From contig CAVQUB010000015.1 of assembly GCA_963716725.1 (NCBI GenBank), positions 512,001-576,000 of the forward strand: a stretch of DNA of 64,000 nucleotides, written 5' to 3'. A program made the position numbers and the translations under genes. The notes under the pieces were generated by a model. The model was not told where the DNA came from. It saw only the letters and a program-made list of their open reading frames with translations, and ran no database searches. Below, in pieces: positions 28,512 to 37,080 of the stretch. Each line of letters starts with the position of its first letter. Position 1 is the first letter of the stretch. This DNA comes from an uncultured delta proteobacterium. GTDB lineage: Bacteria > Myxococcota_A > Polyangia > Polyangiales > Polyangiaceae.

Positions 28512-30188
28512 CTAGAGCGCGAGGGTGAGCGACGAGCCCACGGGCCTGATCGACGTGGCGCCCGCGGGCCAGGCTACGCCGTCGCGCATCAGCAGGAACT
28601 GGGTCTCGCTGTCGTGCCCGACGGAGGTCGCAAAGCTCTTGACGGTGCCGATCACCGAGCCTGAAGCGTCGAGGATCTCCACCGTGCGCTCGGCCGAGAG
28701 CACCGGCCAGGGTGAGTCGATGTCCGAGCCCCACTCCAGCGTGCCGTCGCCGCCCAAGATGGCCGTGCGGAACTTGCCCGGAGCGCGCATCGCGTCCTTG
28801 GAGACCATCAGCGCACCGGCGCCGTTCACGTACGAGATGCGCTTGAACATCTTGTTGAAGGTCCAGTCGGCGACCCAGTTCGGATCGCAGTAGGCCATGA
28901 TGTCCTTGTATTTAGCCGGATCGAGGAAGGTCTTGGTGAGGACGTTCCAGCCGGGAGTGCCGATGCTGGCGCCGGCGTAGGGATACGCCGGGTCGATGTT
29001 CTGAGGCATCGCTCCGCCCTGGCCGCAGGGCGCGTGCAGCAAGCCCAAGGTGTGCCCGACCTCGTGGTTCATCGTGTCCGGCGAGCCCGGGTTGCCATCG
29101 TTCGGGAAGTACCCGAGGCCCATGCCAGCTCGTCCCGTGGGGTCGTTGGCCTGTGGCGTGGTCGAGAGCCCCGCCACGCACGCGCCCTGACACCACCCCA
29201 TGAACGACTGCCCGGGCGTGATCAGCCCGTAGTAGTAGGTCTGCGCCGGTGGCTTGTCCGCGGAGCGGAGCTGCATCAACCAGCTGAGGGCCTGACTCCA
29301 GCCCGAGCCCGTGCGCTGCGGCACCGATCCCGGATAGGTCGCGGGCGCGCGCACTTCGACCTTGATCTCGCCGACGGGATACATCTTGAACAGCGCGTCG
29401 CGATAGATTTGGACCTCGGCCGGTCCGGACTTTGGAGTGATGCCAGCGGTGACCATCGGCACCAGCATGACGGTGAACGTGCCCGAGCTCTGCGCGCCCA
29501 GGTTGACCGCGCCGAACTTCGCCTTGTCGGTCGAACCCGTGAAATTTCCGCCGGCCGACGCCTCGAGCAAGCTCAGCGTGTAGGTCGAGCCAGCTTTGAT
29601 CGATCCGGGTGGGATCGAGACCTGGATGGTCGAGTTGGTGTCGGCCTCGTTGGAAGGCCCGCCGATGAAAGCCTTGCCATCGAAGCTCGCCGTGGTGCCG
29701 CCGGCGAGTTCGAGCCGGGCGACGATCTCGCGGCCTTGGTAACCGGCCTCGGGCGTGACGAACACGCGCACCACGCCCTCGCGATCCACGACCACCGGAG
29801 CGTTGCGCGGTGGTTCGCCCCAGTCCTTCATCAGCGGCAGCTTGACCCCTTGGTAAAGATCGATGCCGCTGATGGCGAGCCCCTTGGCCAAGCCGCCGGA
29901 GGGCAGCGTGCCGCCGGTGCCGCCGCTCGGTGCACCGCCGCCGCTCGGTGCGCCGCCGCTCGGTGCGCCGCCGCCGCCCGACGTGCCGCCCGTGTTCGAG
30001 ATGCCGCAGGCGGGAAAGCACTGCTGGATGTTCCCGGTGGCGCAGACGCAGAGGTCGTAGCAACCGGCGCAGGCGCTGCACGAGTTGTTCGAACAGTTCG
30101 GATCTGCCGCGCTTTGGTCGGACGAGCCGCACGAAAGGGCGAAGAGTCCAGCGGCGACGAGCAATGAAAGCGAAAGAATGCGCACCAT
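28512..30188 (-). CDS. Zinc metallopeptidase lipoprotein (metzincin, M66-like)
   Basis: ALSC lipobox; HEVGHTLGLLHAPC zinc motif; DIMAYC Met-turn. Confidence 0.8.
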   Translation of the reverse strand: MVRILSLSLLVAAGLFALSCGSSDQSAADPNCSNNSCSACAGCYDLCVCATGNIQQCFPACGISNTGGTSGGGGAPSGGAPSGGGAPSGGTGGTLPSGGLAKGLAISGIDLYQGVKLPLMKDWGEPPRNAPVVVDREGVVRVFVTPEAGYQGREIVARLELAGGTTASFDGKAFIGGPSNEADTNSTIQVSIPPGSIKAGSTYTLSLLEASAGGNFTGSTDKAKFGAVNLGAQSSGTFTVMLVPMVTAGITPKSGPAEVQIYRDALFKMYPVGEIKVEVRAPATYPGSVPQRTGSGWSQALSWLMQLRSADKPPAQTYYYGLITPGQSFMGWCQGACVAGLSTTPQANDPTGRAGMGLGYFPNDGNPGSPDTMNHEVGHTLGLLHAPCGQGGAMPQNIDPAYPYAGASIGTPGWNVLTKTFLDPAKYKDIMAYCDPNWVADWTFNKMFKRISYVNGAGALMVSKDAMRAPGKFRTAILGGDGTLEWGSDIDSPWPVLSAERTVEILDASGSVIGTVKSFATSVGHDSETQFLLMRDGVAWPAGATSIRPVGSSLTLAL

Positions 30189-30285
30189 TTTGGCTCCGGC
30201 TGCCGGCATTGGAGCATGTACCGGGCGCTTGGCCAGCGCCAAGTGCACGTGCGCCCATCACGCCCGCCGCCCAGCCTGGAATGTT

Positions 30286-31557
30286 TCAGTCAGCCAGGAA
30301 TGCGTCGAGCCCCGACGCCTCGTCGAGGCGCCGCCAGTACCGCGACAGGCGCGCGCGCCGGGAGCGAGCGCGCAGGGCCGCCTCCCAGCGAGCCTCCAGC
30401 TCGTCGGCCTGCGCGAAGGCCTCGGGGGCGTGCGCCCTGCCGAAGCTGCGCTCGAAGTCGTCGCGCTCGGCCGCGATCAACCCGAGGGCCGCGTCGAGAT
30501 CGACCAGCGCGAGTCGATGCAAACGTTCGTGGCGCCACCAGAGCGCGCGCGGATCGTAGCGCCCCGTCGGCGCACCAAGGTCGGGCAACTCGCCGCCGAC
30601 CTTCACGGGTTTGAACAGCGAGAGACAGGGCGCCGCTGTCGCCGTGACGAAGCACGCTGAGTCCTCGCCGTTCAGTTCTGCAACCAGTGAACCGGTGGTC
30701 TGCCCGTGTGCGCGAGTCGGCAGCGGTCCCGCGTGGGCGCAGACCGTCTGAAAGAGGCCCGAGAGCGCGCGTCTGGGTCGATCGGGCGAGCCGTGTTGCC
30801 GGAGCGCGCTGATGGCGGTCAGCGCTGAGATGCGGCCACGACTTCGATCGAGGAACCGCTCGGTGCAACTCCGCCGTCGCGCGGCGGAGGCGGCGGCGGT
30901 GATCACGGGATCCCCGAAAGTGCCGGAGAAATCCAGGCGATCTCGGCCAGGCCGAAGCCCATAGTCCCGCGCTCGCGCCCTGAGCCCTTCGCTCGACAGA
31001 TCCCAATCGTCGCGCAGCGTGAGCCCATTGGAAATCGCACGCACGCCATGCACTTGCTTGGCGACCCACGCCCGCGCGGCGGTCTCGAGCACCCACGCCT
31101 CGGAGCCGTCCGCGATCAAGAAGCTGTTGTGGTAGCGGAACGACGCGCGGTGCCCGGCGTTGCCGCCTTGACCGTGGGTCTCGAGCAGCTCGCCGATGAC
31201 ACGCACCGCAGCGGGTGCCGACGTCGCGCGCTCGAGGCCGAGCCGCACCAGGTCCATTCCGGTCAGGCCAGCGTCGGCGTGCGGCGCGCGGGTGAACACC
31301 GCCTCGTTGCCGATGGCCACGCCGGCGTCGTTCACTCCCATTTCCGCGCCCCACATCCAATAGGGGCGGCAGAGCAGCGCGCTTCGTGTGCGCGACGGGC
31401 CAGGCAGGTCGATGGCCGTGCAGCGGGTGACTGCTTCGGACCGCGCCGCGACGAGCTCGACCGCCTGGGCCTCACCCGGCTCTCGATCGCTGTTCTTGGC
31501 GAAGAGCATCCGGCGGTCGCGGGTGACCTCCGGCGTCGCTACGAGGGTGTCGCACAT
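30286..31557 (-). CDS. Peptidase C69/secernin family Ntn hydrolase
   Basis: MCDT N-terminal Cys, FAKNSDRE, WGAEMGVN, NSFLIAD...AWVLET. Confidence 0.85.
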   Translation of the reverse strand: MCDTLVATPEVTRDRRMLFAKNSDREPGEAQAVELVAARSEAVTRCTAIDLPGPSRTRSALLCRPYWMWGAEMGVNDAGVAIGNEAVFTRAPHADAGLTGMDLVRLGLERATSAPAAVRVIGELLETHGQGGNAGHRASFRYHNSFLIADGSEAWVLETAARAWVAKQVHGVRAISNGLTLRDDWDLSSEGLRARARDYGLRPGRDRLDFSGTFGDPVITAAASAARRRSCTERFLDRSRGRISALTAISALRQHGSPDRPRRALSGLFQTVCAHAGPLPTRAHGQTTGSLVAELNGEDSACFVTATAAPCLSLFKPVKVGGELPDLGAPTGRYDPRALWWRHERLHRLALVDLDAALGLIAAERDDFERSFGRAHAPEAFAQADELEARWEAALRARSRRARLSRYWRRLDEASGLDAFLAD

Positions 31558-31599
31558 GGGTTCTTGACAACTCCGATGCGTGAATGCACAAAGTGGGGC

Positions 31600-32064
31600 G
31601 TGAAGCTGTCGAACAAGGGGCGATACGCCGTCCGGGCGCTGTTCGACATCGCATTCTACAACGACGGCCGGCCCACCCAGGTCAAGGACATCGCGGAGCG
31701 CGAGGGCATTCCTCCGCGCTTCCTGGAGCAGATCTTCCAGGATCTCAAGCGCGCCAACATCGTCGGCAGCAAGCGCGGGCCCCAGGGCGGGTACAGCCTG
31801 GCCCGGCGCGCGGTCGACATCAGAATCGGCGACGTGGTTCGGGCCATCGAGGGCCCCATCCTGCTCACCGAGCGAACTGAACCCGGCGCGCGACGCGGCA
31901 AGACCGGCGCCGACGGCCGCACCGTCACCGACGCCGCCTTTCGGGAGCTCTCCCTGCGCATCGAGGCATGCTTCGACGCCATGACCATCGCGGATCTCTG
32001 CGGTCGCGCGGAGGAACTCGGCATCCACCGGCCCCGGGGGCAACGCTACTCCTATGTCATCTGA
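31600..32064 (+). CDS. Rrf2 family regulator (CymR-like)
   Basis: KGRYAVRAL, FLEQIFQDLK, SKRGPQGGYSL; lacks the IscR Cys triad; first gene of the cysteine cluster; TTGACA at 31564. Confidence 0.88.
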   Translation: MKLSNKGRYAVRALFDIAFYNDGRPTQVKDIAEREGIPPRFLEQIFQDLKRANIVGSKRGPQGGYSLARRAVDIRIGDVVRAIEGPILLTERTEPGARRGKTGADGRTVTDAAFRELSLRIEACFDAMTIADLCGRAEELGIHRPRGQRYSYVI

Positions 32065-33019
32065 GCCGTTGCCCTCCCTGCCCGCGCATCCGTCGGTGTA
32101 CGGCGGTGTGCTCGAGCTGATCGGGGACACTCCGCTGGTCGAGATCCGCAAGCTCGGTCGCGACGCCCCTCGGGGCCGCGTGCTCGGCAAGATGGAACAC
32201 ATCAACCCGGGTGGCTCCGTGAAGGACCGAATCTGTCTCGCGATGATCGATCGCGCGGAGCGCGAGGGTCGCCTCGCCGCGGGCGGCACCGTGATCGAGC
32301 CCACGAGCGGCAACACCGGCATCGGGCTCGCGCTGGTGGCCCGCCAACGCGGCTACCGTTGCATCCTGACCATGCCGGAGAGCATGAGCCTCGAGCGTCG
32401 GCAGCTCCTTTCCGCGCTCGGCGCGGAGGTCGTGCTCACGCCCGAGGCCGAGCAGATGGACGGTGCCATCGCCAAGGCCCGACAACTCTGCTCCGAGATC
32501 CCGGGCGCCTTCCTGCCCCAACAGTTCGAGAACGAGGCCAACCCCGAAGCGCACTACGCCACGACCTTCCGCGAGATCGTGCACGCGCTCGGCAGCGAAG
32601 CGGTCCACGGCTTCGTGGCGGCGGTGGGCACCGGCGGGACCGTGAGCGGCGTCGGCCGGGCGCTGCGCGAACATTTCCCCGAGTGCCGGGTGATCGCGGT
32701 CGAGCCCGAGTCTTCGGCGACCCTCTCCCGGGGCGAGCGCGGCCCGAGCAAGATCCAGGGCATTGCGGCGGGATTCGTGCCAAAAAACTACGACCCTGCG
32801 GTGCCCCACGAGGTGCGCACCGTGACCGACGAACGGGCCCACCGGGCGAAGCGCGAGCTGGGCCGGCGAGAGGGCTTGCTGGTCGGGATCAGCGCCGGCG
32901 CAAACGTCGCTGTGGCTCTGGACCTCGCCCGGGAGCTCGGGCCTGGAACCAACGTGGTGACCGTGCTGTGCGACACCGGAGAACGCTACTTCAGCCTCGA
33001 TGAGTACTTTCAGGACTGA
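32054..33019 (+). CDS. cysK: Cysteine synthase A
   Basis: NPGGSVKDR, EPTSGNTG, QQFENEAN, GTGGT, KIQGI, DTGERYFS. Confidence 0.88.
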   Translation: MSSEPLPSLPAHPSVYGGVLELIGDTPLVEIRKLGRDAPRGRVLGKMEHINPGGSVKDRICLAMIDRAEREGRLAAGGTVIEPTSGNTGIGLALVARQRGYRCILTMPESMSLERRQLLSALGAEVVLTPEAEQMDGAIAKARQLCSEIPGAFLPQQFENEANPEAHYATTFREIVHALGSEAVHGFVAAVGTGGTVSGVGRALREHFPECRVIAVEPESSATLSRGERGPSKIQGIAAGFVPKNYDPAVPHEVRTVTDERAHRAKRELGRREGLLVGISAGANVAVALDLARELGPGTNVVTVLCDTGERYFSLDEYFQD

Positions 33020-33749
33020 CTCCAGCTTGCTCGCCGACAAGAGCGCGTTGATCGTCGGGGTCGGCGGCCTCGGTTGCCCGGCTGCGCTCGCGCTGGTGCG
33101 CGCGGGCGTGGGCCGCGTGGTGCTCGCCGACGACGACCTGGTCGAGGCAGCCAACTTGCACCGTCAGATCCTTTTCGACGAGCGGGACGTCGGACGCTCG
33201 AAGCTCGACGCCGCCCGCGAAACCCTGCTCGGGCGGGGCGCGACGGATCGCGGCGTCGAACTCTACCGCGGGCGCCTGCTGCCGGACACCGCTCGCGAGC
33301 TCGTGCGCTCCGTCGACGTGGTGGTGGAAGGCTCGGACAATTTCGCGACCAAGTTCCTGGCGGCCGACGCCAGCTTCCTGGAACGCCGCGCGGTGGTGCA
33401 CGGAGCGGCCATCCGCTGGCAGGGCACGGCGTGGTTGGTCCCTCCCGGTGGGGCGCCCTGTTACCGCTGTCTGTTCGAAGACGTGCCCGCCGGGGCGCAG
33501 CTTGGTTGCTCCGAGGCCGGCGTGATGGGCCCCGTCGTGGGCTTCGTCGGGGCGCTGATGGCGGATCTGGCGCTGCGCTTCCTGGTGGGCGACGAGAGCG
33601 CCGCCGGCAGCATCACCAGCTACGACGGCAAACGCGACCGCCTGCGCGCCACTTCCGTCCCCGCGCGGCCGGATTGTCCCTTGTGTGGACAGCGACTGAT
33701 CGCGGATTTGATCGAAACCCGCTACGTATCTGGGCTCTGTACCGATTGA
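33000..33749 (+). CDS. ThiF/MoeB family adenylyltransferase, without N-terminal arm or rhodanese domain
   Basis: GVGGLG, NLHRQ, DNF, CYRC...CPLC zinc motifs, CSEAGV. Confidence 0.88.
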   Translation: MSTFRTDSSLLADKSALIVGVGGLGCPAALALVRAGVGRVVLADDDLVEAANLHRQILFDERDVGRSKLDAARETLLGRGATDRGVELYRGRLLPDTARELVRSVDVVVEGSDNFATKFLAADASFLERRAVVHGAAIRWQGTAWLVPPGGAPCYRCLFEDVPAGAQLGCSEAGVMGPVVGFVGALMADLALRFLVGDESAAGSITSYDGKRDRLRATSVPARPDCPLCGQRLIADLIETRYVSGLCTD

Positions 33750-33761
33750 GAGGAGAACACC

Positions 33762-34034
33762 ATGGAGGTCACGGTTCGCATTCCCACCCCCTTGCGCACG
33801 CTGACGAGCGGCGAGGACGCAGTCAAGATCGCCGGAACGACGGTGCGCGAGATCGTCGATGGTCTCGAGAAGGCGCATCCGGGCATGAAGGACCGCCTCC
33901 TCGACGACAAGGGCGTTCGCCGCTTCGTGAACATCTACGTCGGTGAAGAGGACATTCGGTTCTTGGACGGCTTGGACACGGCGTTGACGGACGGCCAGGA
34001 GCTCAGCATCGTGCCAGCCATCGCCGGCGGCTGA
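33762..34034 (+). CDS. Ubiquitin-like sulfur carrier (CysO/MoaD type)
   Basis: VRIPTPLR, RRFVNIYV, C-terminal PAIAGG; GAGGAG RBS. Confidence 0.9.
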   Translation: MEVTVRIPTPLRTLTSGEDAVKIAGTTVREIVDGLEKAHPGMKDRLLDDKGVRRFVNIYVGEEDIRFLDGLDTALTDGQELSIVPAIAGG

Positions 34035-34038
34035 GGTC

Positions 34039-34329
34039 ATGCCCGAACGCACCCTCGACCGACAGACGCGCTTGCCCGAGATCGGCCCAGCCGGTCAGGC
34101 GAGGATCCGCGACGCCGAGGTCGAGGTGCGGGGCTCCGACGGCGCCATTGTCGAGGCCGAGTACCTGCATCGAGCGGGCGTCGTCCGTCTCACCCTCACT
34201 CCGGGGAGGGACCCCGAGCCCTTCCGCCACGAGTCCGCGTTTCGCTTCGCAGCGTCCCGCCGGGTGGCGGCTGGCGCTTGGCGCGCGCTGACCAAGGTCC
34301 GGCGTGCGCTCGAGCTGGAGCCCCGATGA
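34039..34329 (+). CDS. Small ThiF/MoeB N-terminal-like protein
   Basis: LDRQTRLPEIGPAGQARI and YLHRAGV match the MoeB N-terminal arm; no GxGxxG; stop overlaps the cysM start. Confidence 0.7.
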   Translation: MPERTLDRQTRLPEIGPAGQARIRDAEVEVRGSDGAIVEAEYLHRAGVVRLTLTPGRDPEPFRHESAFRFAASRRVAAGAWRALTKVRRALELEPR

Positions 34330-35276
34330 CGGCGACGCTGAGGCGCGCACGGCTCTTGCCGAGCGTGATCGGGGCCGTTGGGGGCACCCCGCTGGTCCGA
34401 CTACGACGCGTCGCCGAAGCCGCGCCGAGCGTCGAGGTCTACGTCAAGCTCGAATACATGAACCCAGGCGGCTCGGTGAAGGACCGCCCCGCCCTGCGCA
34501 TCGTCACCGACGCCATCGCCGATGGTCGATTGACTCCCGACAAGATCCTAATCGACGCCACCAGCGGCAACACCGGCGTGGCCTACAGCATGGTGGGCGC
34601 CGCCATGGATTTCCGAGTGCAGCTGGTGATGCCCGGCAACGTCAGCAAGGCGCGCAAGGACATCACTCAGGCCTACGGTGCGGAGCTGATCTTCTCCAGC
34701 CCCCTCGAGGGATCCGACGGCGCGATCCAGCACGTGCGGCGCCTGGTGGCAGAGGCTCCGGAGAAGTACTTCTACGCCGACCAGTACGCGAACCCGTCGA
34801 ACCCGCTCGCTCACTATCACGGCACGGGGCCGGAAATTCTGGACGCCCTCGGCGATCGCATCACGCACTTCGTGACGGGGCTCGGCACCACCGGAACCAT
34901 GATGGGCACCACGCGGCGCCTGCACGAAAACGCGCGCGCGATCCGTTGCGTTGCCGTCGAGCCCAGCGAAGCGTTGCACGGGCTCGAGGGCATGAAGCAC
35001 CTGGCCTCCAGCCTCGTGCCGGAGATCTACGACGCGAGCGTGCCCGACGAGATCATGCCCGTGTCGACGGATGAAGGTTGGGACATGGCGGACCGCGTGG
35101 CCGAGCAAGAGGGGCTCTTCGTCGGTCACTCCTCCGGCGCCAACATTTTCGCTGCCCTGAGGGTCGCCGAGCGGCTGCACGCCGAGGGTCGCGGCGGCGC
35201 GGTCGTGACCGTGGCCTGCGACCGAGGCGATCGCTACTTCGCGCCGCTGCGCTGGGAGAGGAAATACGCTTGGTGA
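34326..35276 (+). CDS. cysM: PLP-dependent cysteine synthase, CysM type
   Basis: NPGGSVKDRPA, ATSGNTG, DQYANPSN, GTTGT, CDRGDRY; next to the carrier and JAMM genes. Confidence 0.8.
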   Translation: MTATLRRARLLPSVIGAVGGTPLVRLRRVAEAAPSVEVYVKLEYMNPGGSVKDRPALRIVTDAIADGRLTPDKILIDATSGNTGVAYSMVGAAMDFRVQLVMPGNVSKARKDITQAYGAELIFSSPLEGSDGAIQHVRRLVAEAPEKYFYADQYANPSNPLAHYHGTGPEILDALGDRITHFVTGLGTTGTMMGTTRRLHENARAIRCVAVEPSEALHGLEGMKHLASSLVPEIYDASVPDEIMPVSTDEGWDMADRVAEQEGLFVGHSSGANIFAALRVAERLHAEGRGGAVVTVACDRGDRYFAPLRWERKYAW

Positions 35277-35782
35277 GCGCGCCCTGGGTCGCCGGAGGTC
35301 TTTGCATCCCGAAGGCCGTGATCGCCGAGGTCGAGCGGGCGGCCCAGGCCGCCTACGCTCGTGACGAAGAGGCCTGCGGCTATCTCGAAGGTCCGCTCAC
35401 GGAGCCCCTGGCCGTCGACCGCGCCGTGGAGCTCGAGAACCTCGCCAACAAGTACCACGCCGTCGATCCCGAGGGTCACCCGCGCAGGGGCCGGGAGTAC
35501 TTCAAGATCAATTCGTTGAAGTTCGAGAAGGCGATCTCCGAAGCCCATGCAGCGGCGCGCGCCGTCAAAGTCTTCTTCCACTCCCATCTGGATTGCGGCG
35601 CCTATTTCAGCGCCGAAGACGCGGCCAGCATGACCATGGGCGGCAGTGGCGCGCCGCCGCATCCGCTCGCCTACTTGGTCACCGCGGTGGACCGCGGAGT
35701 GGTGACCGCACACCGACTCTTCGTGTGGAGCGCCTCGGAAGCCGGCTTCGTGCAAGCGCCCTTCACCGTCGAAGGAGACTGA
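35273..35782 (+). CDS. JAB/MPN (JAMM) metallopeptidase, Mec+-like
   Basis: EEACG...FFHSHLDCGAYFSAED fits E...HxH...S..D; GTG overlaps the cysM stop. Confidence 0.85.
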   Translation: MSAPWVAGGLCIPKAVIAEVERAAQAAYARDEEACGYLEGPLTEPLAVDRAVELENLANKYHAVDPEGHPRRGREYFKINSLKFEKAISEAHAAARAVKVFFHSHLDCGAYFSAEDAASMTMGGSGAPPHPLAYLVTAVDRGVVTAHRLFVWSASEAGFVQAPFTVEGD

Positions 35783-37080
35783 TGATCGGTCACCGGTACG
35801 CCACCCCTGCTGTTGCGGCGGTGATCGCGGCCTGCCTCGTGGGTTCGGCAGCGCCCGCTCGCGCGGATCTGAGTCGCGACCTGCGCCAGCTCGGCGCCAG
35901 TTTTTCAGCCAGCGGCAGCGTTCGACACCTGAAGCCCCGCTTCGTCGAACGCGGCGGGTTGCGCCCCTTGCTCCTGCCTACGGAGTGGCTCGATCCGTTG
36001 AAGGACGACTGCGTGACGGTGGTGCTGCTCGGAGCTCCTTCGGCCACCTTCGTGGTCCGGTTTCTGCCGGCGACCGACGCGCTGAGCTGGCCCCGCGGTG
36101 AGAGCCCCGAGCTCAGCGTTGCCGGGGCCGCGCAGCTGGTCCGTTGCGGGATCCGCAAGGCGATGTTGACCCGGCTGGCCGTCGAGATGCGCTCCCCGCG
36201 GGGCGTCGTCGAGGTCTTGATTGCGCGGGGGGAGCGCCCCTTTCCTCCGCTGACCCGGGTGCTCGCTGCGCGATCTCCCGGCGCGTTGTCGCCGCCGAGC
36301 GCCGCGGGCCCGCCGGCCCGGCCCGAGTCCGTCGAACACCGAAGCCTTGCCCACGCTACGCGCGCCCGCCGCGAGGGGGCGAACGCCGTCTCGCAGCGCG
36401 AGCTGACCAGTGACCCGGACGGGCGCGGTCGCGCGCTGTTTCGGCTCGAACCGGCCTGTCACCGCCTGAGACTTCTTGCGTCGCCCTCGGTGACCCTGCC
36501 CGCGGACATCGACGCCGATCTCGTGCTCGGGGCATCGACGGAGCCGGCCGCGAGCGATCGTTCGGAGGCGACCGACGCCGTCTTGATCACGTGTGTCGGT
36601 GACGAGACGCCTGCTTCGCTCAGCTACCAGGGCGCGCCGCCCAAGAGTGCGGTCACCTTGGTGGCCGAGCGCTATCCGCTGCCCGCGGGGCTGCCCGCGC
36701 GGTGGACCGGTGAAGAACGCGGACGCATCGCCCAAGCGCTCTGGCAGCACCGGAGCCCGGCCGTCGATTTGCCGGTGGCGACGGCTCGTGGCGTCTCCGG
36801 AGTGACCTTGCTGCCGCTCGAGGTTGAACCCGACGGTTGCTACGTCGCCGCCGTCGCTTCCACCCGGGGAGTGAGCGCTGGCGTCGCGCTCTCGGCGGAG
36901 CTCGGTCTGCGACAGGCGCAGAACCACGGCGGCCTCGACGGATTCGCGACCGCGCTCTCGTTCTGCGCCCGCGGCGACCCCATGGTCCGCTTCAACGTGG
37001 AGGTTCGGGGCGAGGGCGGCGCCTGGTTGTTCGCGCTCTTTCGCGCCGGTCGAAGCGCGGTGGGGGAGCGCGGAGAATGA
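35782..37080 (+). CDS. Secreted hypothetical protein with repeated Cys-bounded modules
   Basis: Signal peptide (ARA-D); ATG overlaps the JAMM stop. Confidence 0.65.
   Translation: MIGHRYATPAVAAVIAACLVGSAAPARADLSRDLRQLGASFSASGSVRHLKPRFVERGGLRPLLLPTEWLDPLKDDCVTVVLLGAPSATFVVRFLPATDALSWPRGESPELSVAGAAQLVRCGIRKAMLTRLAVEMRSPRGVVEVLIARGERPFPPLTRVLAARSPGALSPPSAAGPPARPESVEHRSLAHATRARREGANAVSQRELTSDPDGRGRALFRLEPACHRLRLLASPSVTLPADIDADLVLGASTEPAASDRSEATDAVLITCVGDETPASLSYQGAPPKSAVTLVAERYPLPAGLPARWTGEERGRIAQALWQHRSPAVDLPVATARGVSGVTLLPLEVEPDGCYVAAVASTRGVSAGVALSAELGLRQAQNHGGLDGFATALSFCARGDPMVRFNVEVRGEGGAWLFALFRAGRSAVGERGE

Noticed and set aside
33000..35782. E1 + Ubl + JAB as CBASS/Bil-type antiphage system
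   Set aside because: No E2, cyclase or effector; two cysteine synthases and an Rrf2 regulator point to sulfur transfer.
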